64,000 nucleotides of DNA from an uncultured Heliobacteriaceae bacterium (GTDB lineage Bacteria; Acidobacteriota; Blastocatellia; RBC074): the NCBI GenBank assembly GCA_964468345.1, contig CAYXVZ010000025.1, forward strand, positions 5,328 through 69,327, written 5' to 3'. Below the pieces are notes generated by a model, which had not been told where the DNA came from, searched no databases, and saw nothing but the letters and a program-made list of their open reading frames with translations. Positions 55,826-64,000 of this stretch are shown here, one piece after another; position 1 is the first letter of the stretch; each line of letters opens with the position of its first letter. The translations under genes and the position numbers were made by a program.

Positions 55826-55899
55826 GCGATCCAGTCCCTCTCGCTCTCATTCCGCCGCGTTTCCTCTCGGCTTGTGCCTTCCTTGCATGGCTTGATCTA

Positions 55900-56016
55900 G
55901 ATCAGTGCAAACAACTTTGGGACAAAGCTTTTACCACGAAGAAACGAAGAGCACGAAGAAAGACGAAAGAATAAGCCTTCTCTCTTTCTTCGTGCTCTTC
56001 GTTTCTTCGTGGTTGT
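55900..56016. repeat. CACGAAGAR-nonamer palindrome with conserved 5' flank
   Basis: CAGTGCAAACAACTTTGGGACAAAGCTTTT then ACCACGAAGAAACGAAGAGCACGAAGAAAGA-(19 nt)-TCTTTCTTCGTGCTCTTCGTTTCTTCGTGGT, a perfect 31-bp stem. After the STK gene. Confidence 0.85.
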
Positions 56017-56210
56017 GCCTTTCTTCGTTGTCCTGATTTAGTTGTAAAAAATCCAGTGACTGTCCCGGCCGGAGAGGCAATTCAATTTGCCATTAAAATC
56101 GGGTCGGCTATAATCCCCCCGCTTTCGGCGGTCTTTCTTGGCGGAACCTTTGAACAATACAATTCGATACCGTCGCGTGGCCATTCGTTCCGGCGCTCTG
56201 TGATCGAAGC

Positions 56211-56810
56211 GTGGACATGCGGCGGAGTCTTTCTATCTGGCAGCGGAGAATGGCAGACTGGGATCTTTTTTATTCATGGCTGGACCCCAATCCGGAGCGT
56301 GCCGAGGAGGCATATAAGAAGCTTCGCCAGTCGTTGATCAAGTTTTTCACGAAGATGAAACGGCAGGATTGCGAGACGCTTGCGGATGACACCATCGAGC
56401 GCCTCGTGCAGATTCTCTCCAAATCACCCGCGACGCTTTCTATCGATCCTTTTCGCTATGCCGTGGGCGTTGCGCGTTGCATTTCCCTGGAACATTTTCG
56501 AAATCATGTAAAGCCGCGGGCCGAGTTTTCGGACCAGGTGCTGCAGACGCTTGCGCCCGCAACTTCCTCCGCCGAAGCTGAACTTCTCGACCGCTGCCTG
56601 GCTCGTTGCCTGGGCGAACTCGATCGCTCCCGGCGGGACCTCCTGCTCCGGTATTACCACTTCGAGAGGCAGGACAGCAAAAAAATTCGCGATCGAATCG
56701 CCATCGAAATGGGAATCACGATCAATTCGCTGCGGTTGAAGATCATGCGCATCAAGGATGAACTGCGCGACTGCATTTCAGCTTGCCGCGAAGCCGACAC
56801 TGCCGGCTGA
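56211..56810 (+). CDS. divergent sigma-70/ECF-like factor, tentative
   Basis: Region-2-like AEEAYKKLRQSLIKFFTKM..ADDTIERL. Region-4-like ..RRDLLLRYYHFERQDSKKIRDRIAIEMGITINSLRLKIMRIKDELRDCI. Start uncertain (56211, 56217 or 56250). Confidence 0.5.
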   Translation: MDMRRSLSIWQRRMADWDLFYSWLDPNPERAEEAYKKLRQSLIKFFTKMKRQDCETLADDTIERLVQILSKSPATLSIDPFRYAVGVARCISLEHFRNHVKPRAEFSDQVLQTLAPATSSAEAELLDRCLARCLGELDRSRRDLLLRYYHFERQDSKKIRDRIAIEMGITINSLRLKIMRIKDELRDCISACREADTAG

Positions 56811-56908
56811 AAATATTCTTGCAGTTTTCATGAAATTATCCGCCGCATTTCGGCATTAGTGAGTGAATGAAGAGTGCCTGCAAATCGATTGCCTCGGAGC
56901 CATGAGCT

Positions 56909-57928
56909 ATGAATACGCACTCAAGCGAGGAAAACTTATTGCGCCTGTACCTGCTCGGGGCCACGACTTTCGAGGAAGACGAGGAGATCGAGCGACGCCT
57001 CGACGACATCTCGTTGAAAGAGGAGTTGCGGGAAGCGGAAGAGGATTTGATCGACGATTATGCGCGGGGCGTGCTGCCCGGCGATCAACGAATGTTGTTT
57101 GAAATGAACTTCCTCGTGCGGCCGGAGCGACAACAGAAGGTATCGATTGCGCAGGCGGCGGTGCGATATGCGCAATCGCAGCCGCGGTCCGTTCCGGGGA
57201 CTCCCGCTTCGCCCGCGGAGAAGCCCGAGGTGAATGCAGGGGGATGGCTGCGCCGAATGTTTCGCCCCGCATGGGCAATCCCGATCTTTGCGTTGTTGCT
57301 GGTTGGCGTTGGGGCGATGCTCTGGCGGTCCGGAGGCGACCGTTCAGATATCGGCCTCGCAATCAAAGCGATGAATCAGGCCTATCGCGCGCGCCGCCCG
57401 CTGGAAGTCCGTATCTCGGGCCTGGACTACGCGATCTATCCGAAGACGCTTGGAGGAGAAGAACGGCCGATCGAAGCGCCGGCAATCGATCGCGCGGAAC
57501 GAATCCTGCTGGATGAGATGGCCGAGCGCCCAAGTCCGGCGGCGCAGCACGCGCTCGGCCAGGTATATCTGACACAGAAAAAATTCAAAGAGGCCCAGGA
57601 TTTATTTGTCGCGGCCCTGCAGGCGGAACCCGGCAATGCTCGTTTGCTGAGCGATCTCGGCGCGGCCCTCTTTGAACGATGGCTGCGGGAACGCGGGCCG
57701 GGCCAGCCCGCCGCCACGGAAGAATTACGCAGCCAGAGCCTTGAATACTTTACGAAAGCGTTGACGCTGGATGCCAGGCTGCTCGACGCCCGTTTCAATC
57801 GCGCACTGCTCTATCAATATTCCGGCCAGACGGAGTCGGCGCGCGCCGAATGGCAGCTTTATCTGAAAGAAGACTCGGACTCCCCTTGGTCGAAAGAAGC
57901 TGAAATCAATCTCAGATCCCTGAAGTAG
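56909..57928 (+). CDS. putative membrane anti-sigma factor with TPR sensor domain
   Basis: Acidic N-terminal region (LYLLGATTFEEDEEIERRLDD..), one TM helix (WAIPIFALLLVGVGAMLW), extracytoplasmic TPR region. Directly downstream of the sigma-like gene. Confidence 0.5.
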   Translation: MNTHSSEENLLRLYLLGATTFEEDEEIERRLDDISLKEELREAEEDLIDDYARGVLPGDQRMLFEMNFLVRPERQQKVSIAQAAVRYAQSQPRSVPGTPASPAEKPEVNAGGWLRRMFRPAWAIPIFALLLVGVGAMLWRSGGDRSDIGLAIKAMNQAYRARRPLEVRISGLDYAIYPKTLGGEERPIEAPAIDRAERILLDEMAERPSPAAQHALGQVYLTQKKFKEAQDLFVAALQAEPGNARLLSDLGAALFERWLRERGPGQPAATEELRSQSLEYFTKALTLDARLLDARFNRALLYQYSGQTESARAEWQLYLKEDSDSPWSKEAEINLRSLK

Positions 57929-57963
57929 TTTTTTATCTCGCATCGAAAACGAGGAACGATACC

Positions 57964-60900
57964 GTGGCTGTGAAAGGCGATCGGAAAGCTCGCCGGATTC
58001 GCAGGCAGAAGCTCGTGTTTTTCCCGCGGAGCCGGAAACAACTCGTGCCGCTTATTCTCTTGGCCGTGCCCGCCCTTTTGGCCGCGGGCGCCTGTCATCT
58101 CGGGCGACCCTCGTCCACGGAGGAGGGAATGACGGCGCTTGTGAATGCCTTTCGGTTGCAGCGCCCGCTCGATTCGCGGATCAGCGGTTTCGACTATGCT
58201 CCGCGGCTGGAGACGCGCGGGAATGCCGATGCCGGAGCGGACAAAGCGGCCTGGAACCGGGCGGAACGCCTGTTGCTCGATGCAGAGGCGGAACATCCCG
58301 GCGCGGCCGCTTCGCATGCCCTCGGCCGGATGTATCTCGCAAAAAGGGACTTCGAGACCGCGATCAAACAGTTCGAGATCGCGATGAAGGCCGGGCCCGC
58401 AACGGCTGCGCTGTATTGCGATCTGGGCGTTGCGATGTTGGAGCAAACGCTCGCCCATCCCGCGTGGCGGGAATCCGGGGCGGAGGTCGAACGGCTCTCC
58501 ATGGTTTTGGAACGCTTCGATCAGGCGCTGGCCCTGGCTCCCACCATGCCGGAGGCATTGTTCAATCGCGCGCTTCTCTATGAACATCTGTCGCTGCCGC
58601 AACGCGCCCGCGAAGGCTGGCAATCGTATCTCGCGCTGGATGCCGCTTCGCCGTGGGCGGAGGAAGCCCGCCGAAATTTGCGGCGACTGGAAAGCGCGGA
58701 GCCGCCGGCCCCGGCGCCTTCCACCCAACTGGTCGAGGATCTCGGAAACGCCATGCAGGCCAGAGACGACGAACGCGCATGGCGAATCATCAGTCAAAAT
58801 CGCGATCGGATCGGCAGCGTTGCCGCCGGCACAGTGGTCGAAGCTTTTAAGGAAGCCTGCGACCGCGGGGACGCCGCGCGGGCCGGGCAATTGTTGAACG
58901 CACTGCGCTATGCAGGCGACGTCGAGAACCGGCTTGCGGGCGATCGCTTCATCACGGACCTTGCGGCCTATTACAAACGCTCCGGCGCTCATCCGAAAGC
59001 GTCTTTGGCCAAAGGCCGCGCCGCGCTCAAGGCCGGTTTGGGATGGCTGAAAGCGCTGGATCTCGATCGGGCGAGAGAGTCCTTATTGCAGGCGAAACAG
59101 CTTTTCGCGCAAAGCGGCGATCTCATGGAATCGTTGCAAGCCGATTTCCTGCTGGCGGGCTGTTATCGCAAGCAGGCCGAATTGCCGGCGCGCGCGGCCA
59201 TCTATGACCGCATGGCGCAGGTCTGCCGGAAATCGCAATACAAATGGCTCTTGATGCAGGTCCTGCTCGAACAGGCTTCTCTCGAAGGCGGGCTGGCCAA
59301 TTACTCCAATGTCATCGAGCGCAGCCGCGAAGCGCGCGAGATTGCGAAGGCGATCGACGACCGCAGCGGATGGGCTTCGTCCCTGTTGCAGGGCGCCGAG
59401 GCGCTCTTTTATATGGGGAATCACCATGAATCGCTGCGGCTCTATTACGAAGGGATTTCCATGACCAATCAGCGGCCGGCGAGCCTGTGGGTGCGCTGGG
59501 CGCTCAATATGTGCACCGCCTTTCCGCTGAATGCGCTGGGAAGAACGACCGCGGCCGCCGCGTATCAGCAGGAATCGCTCCGGCTGGCCCGTCTCATCAA
59601 CAGTCCGAAACAGATCGGCCTGTCCCATGTTCATCTGAGCTGGACCCATGCCTTTCAGCGGCGTTTTGACGAAGCGATGCAACAGGCGCAACAGGCGCGC
59701 GATTATGCGCAGAGCATTCCCGAGGGCGATGTGCGCAGGGAATTGCTCGCGCTCGCTTCGCTGCGCCTCGGGCAGCTCTTTGCCCAGCGCGGCGATTTTA
59801 TACGGGCCGGGGAATATTTCGATCAATCCCTGGGTTTATACGACGGACTGAATTCGCAGGAAGCCTTTCGATATAGCGCGCAGAAAGGGAAATTGATCGC
59901 GGCCCTCGCGCGGGGCGAATCCGCCGGCATGGAATCGCAGATTGCCACGGTCGTCGAGCTGTACGAAAAGTTCCGCGGCAAGATTCGCGAGGAATCCTCT
60001 CGAAACAGTTTCTTCGACGGCGAACAGAGCATCTACGATATCGCTATCGACTTCTGGTATGCGCAAAAGCGCGATGAACGGGGAGCGTTTGAATTGTCCG
60101 AACGTTGCCAGGCGCGCTCGCTGCTGGATGCCGTCAGCACGGGTCCGATCGAAATCGAGGAAGCCGGCGCGCCTGATCTGGCCTACAAAGAGGTCGCGGC
60201 TTCGTTGTCGTTGGCCGAGATCGAAGCGCGCCTGCCGCCCAAAGCCCAGATCGTGCAATATGCGGTGCTTAAGGACCGGCTGTTGCTCTATGTGCTCTCG
60301 CCGGGGCGGCGCCTGGTCGTTCGCGAACAAAAAATTTCCGCGCAGGAACTCCATCGACAAATTGCATCTTATTTGGAGCAGCTTACGCGGCGACCGCAGC
60401 CCGGCGAGTCCTTTCAACCGGAGCCCGCGCAGCGCCTCTATCAATCCTTGATCGAACCCGTCGCGGATCTGCTCGACCGGCAGAAACAGCTTTGCATCGT
60501 GCCGGATAAGGCGCTCAATCAGCTTCCCTTCGCCGCGTTGCTTGCGCCAGAGACCGGGCGCTTTCTGATCGAAGATTTCGCCCTGGTTTTCGCCCCCAGC
60601 GCGACCATGTTCATCCTCGGCTCTGAGATCGCCGCGGCAAAAGCCGGCGTTCGCGCCGAACAGTTGTTGAGCGTCGGCAATCCAGCTTTCGATCGAGATC
60701 TGTTTTCGCAGGAGTATCTGGATCCGGCTGAACAGGAGGCCCGCTCCATCGCGGACCTGTACATACGTCCCCGGCGGCTCTTGGGACCGGAAGCCACGCG
60801 CGATCGCTTTGTGCGGGATCTGGATCAGGTCGATGTGTTGCACATGGCCGTTCACGGCCTGGTCGATGAACGATCTCCCATGCGTTCGAAGCTGCTGCTG

Positions 60901-61302
60901 GCCAAAAGCGGGCCGGGGCCTTCCGCCTCCGAGGCGCAGGCGGGCGCTCTGTTCGTGCATGAAATCTATCGTTTGCCGCTCGCGCGCCTGCGGCTGGTCG
61001 TGCTCGCCGCCTGCCGCTCCGGCGTCGAACGTTATTACGGCGGCGAAGGCATGATCGGCATCTCGCGTCCCTTTCTCGCGAAAAAAGTTCCTCTCGTCGT
61101 CGCCGGCCTCTGGGATGCTTTTTCGCCCGCCACCCGGGAATTGATGATCGGCCTTCATCAAGGGAGAAAGACGAATCGACTCGCGACCGCCGATGCGCTC
61201 CGGCAGTCGCAATTGAAAATGCTGCACGATCCGAGCGCGCTTTATCGCCACCCGCATTACTGGGCGGCCTTCGAATGCATCGGCGGTTACGCGGAGTTTT
61301 GA
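57964..61302 (+). CDS. membrane-anchored TPR-repeat / CHAT-domain protein (caspase-like protease)
   Basis: N-terminal basic segment plus a TM helix (LVPLILLAVPALLAAGA). Residues ~60-250 are paralogous to the sensor domain of 56909..57928 (RISGxDYA, NRAERLLLD, HALGxxYL, LFNRALLY, SPWxxEAxxNLR). C-terminal CHAT (..VLHMAVHGLV.., ..LVVLAACRSGVE.., ..HPHYWAAFECIGGY). Confidence 0.8.
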   Translation: MAVKGDRKARRIRRQKLVFFPRSRKQLVPLILLAVPALLAAGACHLGRPSSTEEGMTALVNAFRLQRPLDSRISGFDYAPRLETRGNADAGADKAAWNRAERLLLDAEAEHPGAAASHALGRMYLAKRDFETAIKQFEIAMKAGPATAALYCDLGVAMLEQTLAHPAWRESGAEVERLSMVLERFDQALALAPTMPEALFNRALLYEHLSLPQRAREGWQSYLALDAASPWAEEARRNLRRLESAEPPAPAPSTQLVEDLGNAMQARDDERAWRIISQNRDRIGSVAAGTVVEAFKEACDRGDAARAGQLLNALRYAGDVENRLAGDRFITDLAAYYKRSGAHPKASLAKGRAALKAGLGWLKALDLDRARESLLQAKQLFAQSGDLMESLQADFLLAGCYRKQAELPARAAIYDRMAQVCRKSQYKWLLMQVLLEQASLEGGLANYSNVIERSREAREIAKAIDDRSGWASSLLQGAEALFYMGNHHESLRLYYEGISMTNQRPASLWVRWALNMCTAFPLNALGRTTAAAAYQQESLRLARLINSPKQIGLSHVHLSWTHAFQRRFDEAMQQAQQARDYAQSIPEGDVRRELLALASLRLGQLFAQRGDFIRAGEYFDQSLGLYDGLNSQEAFRYSAQKGKLIAALARGESAGMESQIATVVELYEKFRGKIREESSRNSFFDGEQSIYDIAIDFWYAQKRDERGAFELSERCQARSLLDAVSTGPIEIEEAGAPDLAYKEVAASLSLAEIEARLPPKAQIVQYAVLKDRLLLYVLSPGRRLVVREQKISAQELHRQIASYLEQLTRRPQPGESFQPEPAQRLYQSLIEPVADLLDRQKQLCIVPDKALNQLPFAALLAPETGRFLIEDFALVFAPSATMFILGSEIAAAKAGVRAEQLLSVGNPAFDRDLFSQEYLDPAEQEARSIADLYIRPRRLLGPEATRDRFVRDLDQVDVLHMAVHGLVDERSPMRSKLLLAKSGPGPSASEAQAGALFVHEIYRLPLARLRLVVLAACRSGVERYYGGEGMIGISRPFLAKKVPLVVAGLWDAFSPATRELMIGLHQGRKTNRLATADALRQSQLKMLHDPSALYRHPHYWAAFECIGGYAEF

Positions 61303-61359
61303 GCCATTACAAAACTTCGAATTGATAAGAACACGAAAAACAATGATCTGAGGAAAACT

Positions 61360-62199
61360 ATGAGCAGCTTATTTGAGTTGAAAAAAGAAATAACAGCCAG
61401 TCCACATGTCAGTTTTCACTTTGAAGGAGTCATCGCACTGGGGGTTCGAGATAACAGCAATCGCTTCGATGCGGGAATCATCAAGGATCCAAATAACGAA
61501 GGGGAAGTTGAAAAACATATTCGGTCCATTACTGTTACCAAAGTGCTTAAACAGGAACGCACAGTATTGATCTCAATGAGTGGAATGAGAGGAGATGAGT
61601 TGGTGCTTGATTTCAAAGAGATAAATCCAGGACGAATCAACCTATTTGAGGGCAAGAAGAACCCATTCGATGTAATCAACGCTTTCAAATGGGTGATCGA
61701 TGTCGAAAAGCACATGCATAACAATAATAGAGTTAAGGTCGTAGACTCTGCGCTTCGCACTGTTCTTCGCGTACTAAATACCCCTGACACACTGTTTTAT
61801 GCTGACGATGTGGTTACAGATCCCATCCCTACGGAAGAAGAGAATGGGTCGAAATTGTCTAATATTGATGCTTCTGCTGAATGTATAAAGGCTCTTGTGC
61901 CTTTGAGGCGTACCCTATTTCTCAAGAAAAAAGTGTCTGATGGACGATTTATCGACTTGTGTGAATTGAATGTTGAGGACGATGTTCGGTACGAGATCGT
62001 TTTCAAAAATTCCTGCAATCCGATTGAATGTGAAGATGAAGATATTGATGTGGCTCCGATCTATAACAATTTGATTGGGAAGCCGAGCGGTGCAAGTCTG
62101 CGTCGCATCTTCAAAGTGAAAGCAAGACTTACTCCAGCGTCCCAGTGTGCGCCTATTAACTTCGGTGTATCCGGAGAATTGCCTGATCCGGCAAGTTGA
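61360..62199 (+). CDS. hypothetical protein, compositionally foreign (~43% GC), no recognisable domain
   Basis: Clean 279-codon ORF immediately after the TPR-CHAT gene. Codon usage is AT-biased, unlike all neighbours. No motif I can assign. Confidence 0.6.
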   Translation: MSSLFELKKEITASPHVSFHFEGVIALGVRDNSNRFDAGIIKDPNNEGEVEKHIRSITVTKVLKQERTVLISMSGMRGDELVLDFKEINPGRINLFEGKKNPFDVINAFKWVIDVEKHMHNNNRVKVVDSALRTVLRVLNTPDTLFYADDVVTDPIPTEEENGSKLSNIDASAECIKALVPLRRTLFLKKKVSDGRFIDLCELNVEDDVRYEIVFKNSCNPIECEDEDIDVAPIYNNLIGKPSGASLRRIFKVKARLTPASQCAPINFGVSGELPDPAS

Positions 62200-62579
62200 T
62201 CGCTTATCGAAGGAATCCCCCAATGGGGACTGGTTTTCTACATTCCTCCGTCTCAGCACCCAAACGGTGCTGAGACGGGGTAGCAGCGGCTGAGGACGTT
62301 GATGGAAACTGTGGGGAGCGCCTCTTCCCGCGAAGGCGTCCATTCGCTAGCCGAAGCCCGCCTTCCTCGAAGCATCAAAATTGTTCTGAAAATTTTCTCT
62401 CCCGCCTACATATGATGAGATCGCAAAAAAATTTCAGCCGATCGAAAAAGTTTTTTTGCGCTCCGCCCGCCTGCAAACCGAGCTTTATAAAATTCGTGAC
62501 CATCCGAGAGGCGCAAGAGTCTTACCCATGACTGAAAAATTCGGTTTCGGACAGGGAACTTCAATTGTGGAGAAGAGAG

Positions 62580-63095
62580 ATGAAGGTGCGAAATATATTC
62601 TTCGTTGTCATTGCTGTGTCGATCCTCGGCATCGCAACCCTCTATGCGCAGGAAGGCGGCCGCCGCGGCCGTCCGGGCGGGCCTGAGATGATGCGTCGCT
62701 TTCCCGTGATGGCTGTGCTGGATGCAAACGCCGATGGCGAGATCTCAGCGGAAGAGATCACCGGCGCCTCCGCGGCCTTGCGCAAACTCGATAAAAACGG
62801 CGACGGCAAACTGACGGAAGAGGAAATCCGGCCGAATTTTGAAGGCGGTCCCGGCGGCCGGCGCGGCGAAGGACCCGGCGGCCCCAATCCCGAGGAAATG
62901 GTCAACCGCCTGCTCGAATTCGATAAAAACAGCGACGGCAAACTCAGCAAAGACGAAGTGCCCGAGCGAATGAGCGGCCTCTTTGAACGCGGCGACGCCA
63001 ATAAAGACGGCGTCCTCACCAAAGACGAACTGCGCAAACTCGCCGAAGCGCAATCCGGTGGCAGCCCCCGCCGCGAAGACCACGATCACGAGTGA
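62580..63095 (+). CDS. secreted EF-hand calcium-binding protein (4 EF-hand loops)
   Basis: Signal peptide MKVRNIFFVVIAVSILGIATLYAQ. Loops DANADGEISAEE, DKNGDGKLTEEE, DKNSDGKLSKDE, DANKDGVLTKDE. GGAGAAG Shine-Dalgarno before the start. Confidence 0.75.
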   Translation: MKVRNIFFVVIAVSILGIATLYAQEGGRRGRPGGPEMMRRFPVMAVLDANADGEISAEEITGASAALRKLDKNGDGKLTEEEIRPNFEGGPGGRRGEGPGGPNPEEMVNRLLEFDKNSDGKLSKDEVPERMSGLFERGDANKDGVLTKDELRKLAEAQSGGSPRREDHDHE

Positions 63096-63302
63096 AAGTC
63101 CAGAGAAGTCTAGAGAAGTCTCGGGAAGTCTGGAGAAGTCTCGGGAAGTCTAGAGAAGTCTAGAAAGGTCTAGAAAAGTCCCGAAAAGTTTCGAATCGTC
63201 TGAATGGTAGAACTTAGAACTGTATTGACTTCCCGAGACTTCTCAAGACTTCTCCAGACTTTCCGAGACTTCTCAAGACTTCTCAAGACTTTCCGAGACT
63301 CT
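63096..63302. repeat. GAGAAGTCTN-decamer composite palindrome, copy 2 (no embedded core)
   Basis: (CAGAGAAGTCTAGAGAAGTCTCGGGAAGTCTGGAGAAGTC...)x~10, a ~32-bp centre, then the inverted array (GACTTCCCGAGACTTCTCAAGACTTCTCCAGACTT...). Confidence 0.85.
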
Positions 63303-63323
63303 ACATAGAGGAATCAACATCCC

Positions 63324-64000
63324 ATGAAATTCATGATAGTTCTGGCGGGCCTGCTGCTATTGGCTCTCGGCAGCAGCCCCGCGTCTGAGGCCCGTGCGCC
63401 CTGGCGCGTCTCGCAATATGAAAATGTGCTCGGCACCTCGTTCGAATTGAAGCTGGCGGGCGGATCGAGCGCCGATGCCGCGCGCGCCGAGGGCGCTGCG
63501 CTGGCAGAGATCGAGCGCCTGTCGCACATCCTGAGCGGCTATGAGAAAGACAGCGAGTTCAGTCGCTGGTTGCAAACATCAGGGCAGCCGGTGCAGGTTT
63601 CGCCTGAATTGTACGAAGTGCTGAATCTCTTTCAGCAATGGCGCGCCCGCACCGATGGCGCGCTCGATCCGGCCGCGCAGGTCGTGTCGAAACTTTGGAA
63701 AAATGCCGCGGCCGCGCAGCGCACGCCCAACGCGGATGAATTACAGGCCGCGGTCGCAAAGATCCGCCAACCGCAATACCGACTCGATGAATCCGCGCAC
63801 ACCGCGATGCGAACGGGCGATGCGCCGCTGATTCTCAACTCCTTCGCCAAAAGCTACATCATCCACCGGGCGGCTGATGCCGCGATGAAAACCGCGAAGA
63901 TCAAGGGGCTGGTGCTCAACATTGGCGGCGATCTGGTCGTGCGCGGCGATGTCGCGGAGCCCGTGGCAATTGCCGATCCGAAGGCCGATGCCGAAAACGA
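63324..64000 (+). CDS. FAD:protein FMN transferase (ApbE family), 3'-partial
   Basis: Open frame to the window end. Signal peptide MKFMIVLAGLLLLALGSS. ..APLILNSFAKSYIIHRAAD.. resembles the ApbE ..GIAKGYAVD.. core. Confidence 0.65.
   Translation, partial: MKFMIVLAGLLLLALGSSPASEARAPWRVSQYENVLGTSFELKLAGGSSADAARAEGAALAEIERLSHILSGYEKDSEFSRWLQTSGQPVQVSPELYEVLNLFQQWRARTDGALDPAAQVVSKLWKNAAAAQRTPNADELQAAVAKIRQPQYRLDESAHTAMRTGDAPLILNSFAKSYIIHRAADAAMKTAKIKGLVLNIGGDLVVRGDVAEPVAIADPKADAEN

Noticed and set aside
61360-62199. Calling the foreign ORF a bacterial gasdermin outright.
   Set aside because: There is only a vague N-terminal resemblance (MSSLFEL...) plus context. No conserved motif can be verified by eye, so it is kept as a hypothesis in findings, not as an annotation.
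62200-62560. Possible small RNA between the foreign ORF and the EF-hand gene (hairpin CGTCTCAGCACC-caaac-GGTGCTGAGACG at 62247-62276).
   Set aside because: It is only a single hairpin without a T-run. It is more simply the terminator of 61360..62199. There is insufficient evidence for a distinct ncRNA.

Overview
High-GC (~63%) chromosomal window. By gene content it looks like Acidobacteriota (Solibacter/Bryobacter-like): many secreted TPR proteins, CarboxypepD_reg/TonB-dependent-receptor-like proteins, a TIGR02999-type ECF sigma factor next to a Ser/Thr kinase, and CHAT proteases. I support about 48 protein-coding genes and no rRNA, tRNA or CRISPR.

Five things stand out.

- **Glycoconjugate operon (17.9-29.5 kb).** Eight genes, mostly chained by ATGA start/stop overlaps: two COG4671/GT28-like glycosyltransferases, a WcaL-like GT4, a heparinase II/III-like protein, two tandem APH-fold kinases, a deacetylase-like protein and an MsbA-like ABC exporter. 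A second WcaL-like GT4 paralog sits at 38.2 kb behind a 500-bp low-GC leader.
- **Two sigma/CHAT signalling modules.** Each has an ECF sigma, an anti-sigma and a TPR-CHAT (caspase-like protease): 32.2-37.7 kb ends in an S8 subtilase; 52.0-62.2 kb adds a Ser/Thr kinase with WD40 repeats, and its CHAT protein carries an N-terminal duplicate of the neighbouring anti-sigma sensor domain. This gene logic recalls the type III-E Craspase-Csx30-RpoE axis, but there is no CRISPR here.
- **Foreign-looking orphan ORF (61360-62199).** A ~43% GC, 279-aa ORF with no recognisable domain lies directly downstream of the second TPR-CHAT gene. It is a candidate protease substrate or effector.
- **Composite palindromic elements.** Many intergenic regions are filled by palindromes whose arms are tandem 7-17 bp k-mers (GCAAAAG, GAGAAGTCTN, GGGGCGAG, CACGAAGAR, ACGGAA, CACGAAT, CGGAGAGAARGAGGGA). 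Several donate start/stop codons and short peptide tails to flanking genes. There are also MITE-like elements with 36-bp terminal inverted repeats.
- **Tandem 73-bp hairpin-rich repeat.** It sits immediately upstream of a MOSC-domain gene.

About gene starts: some are uncertain because Shine-Dalgarno signals are weak here. The ORF track also over-extends several N-termini, and it contains many long antisense ORFs that are high-GC artefacts.
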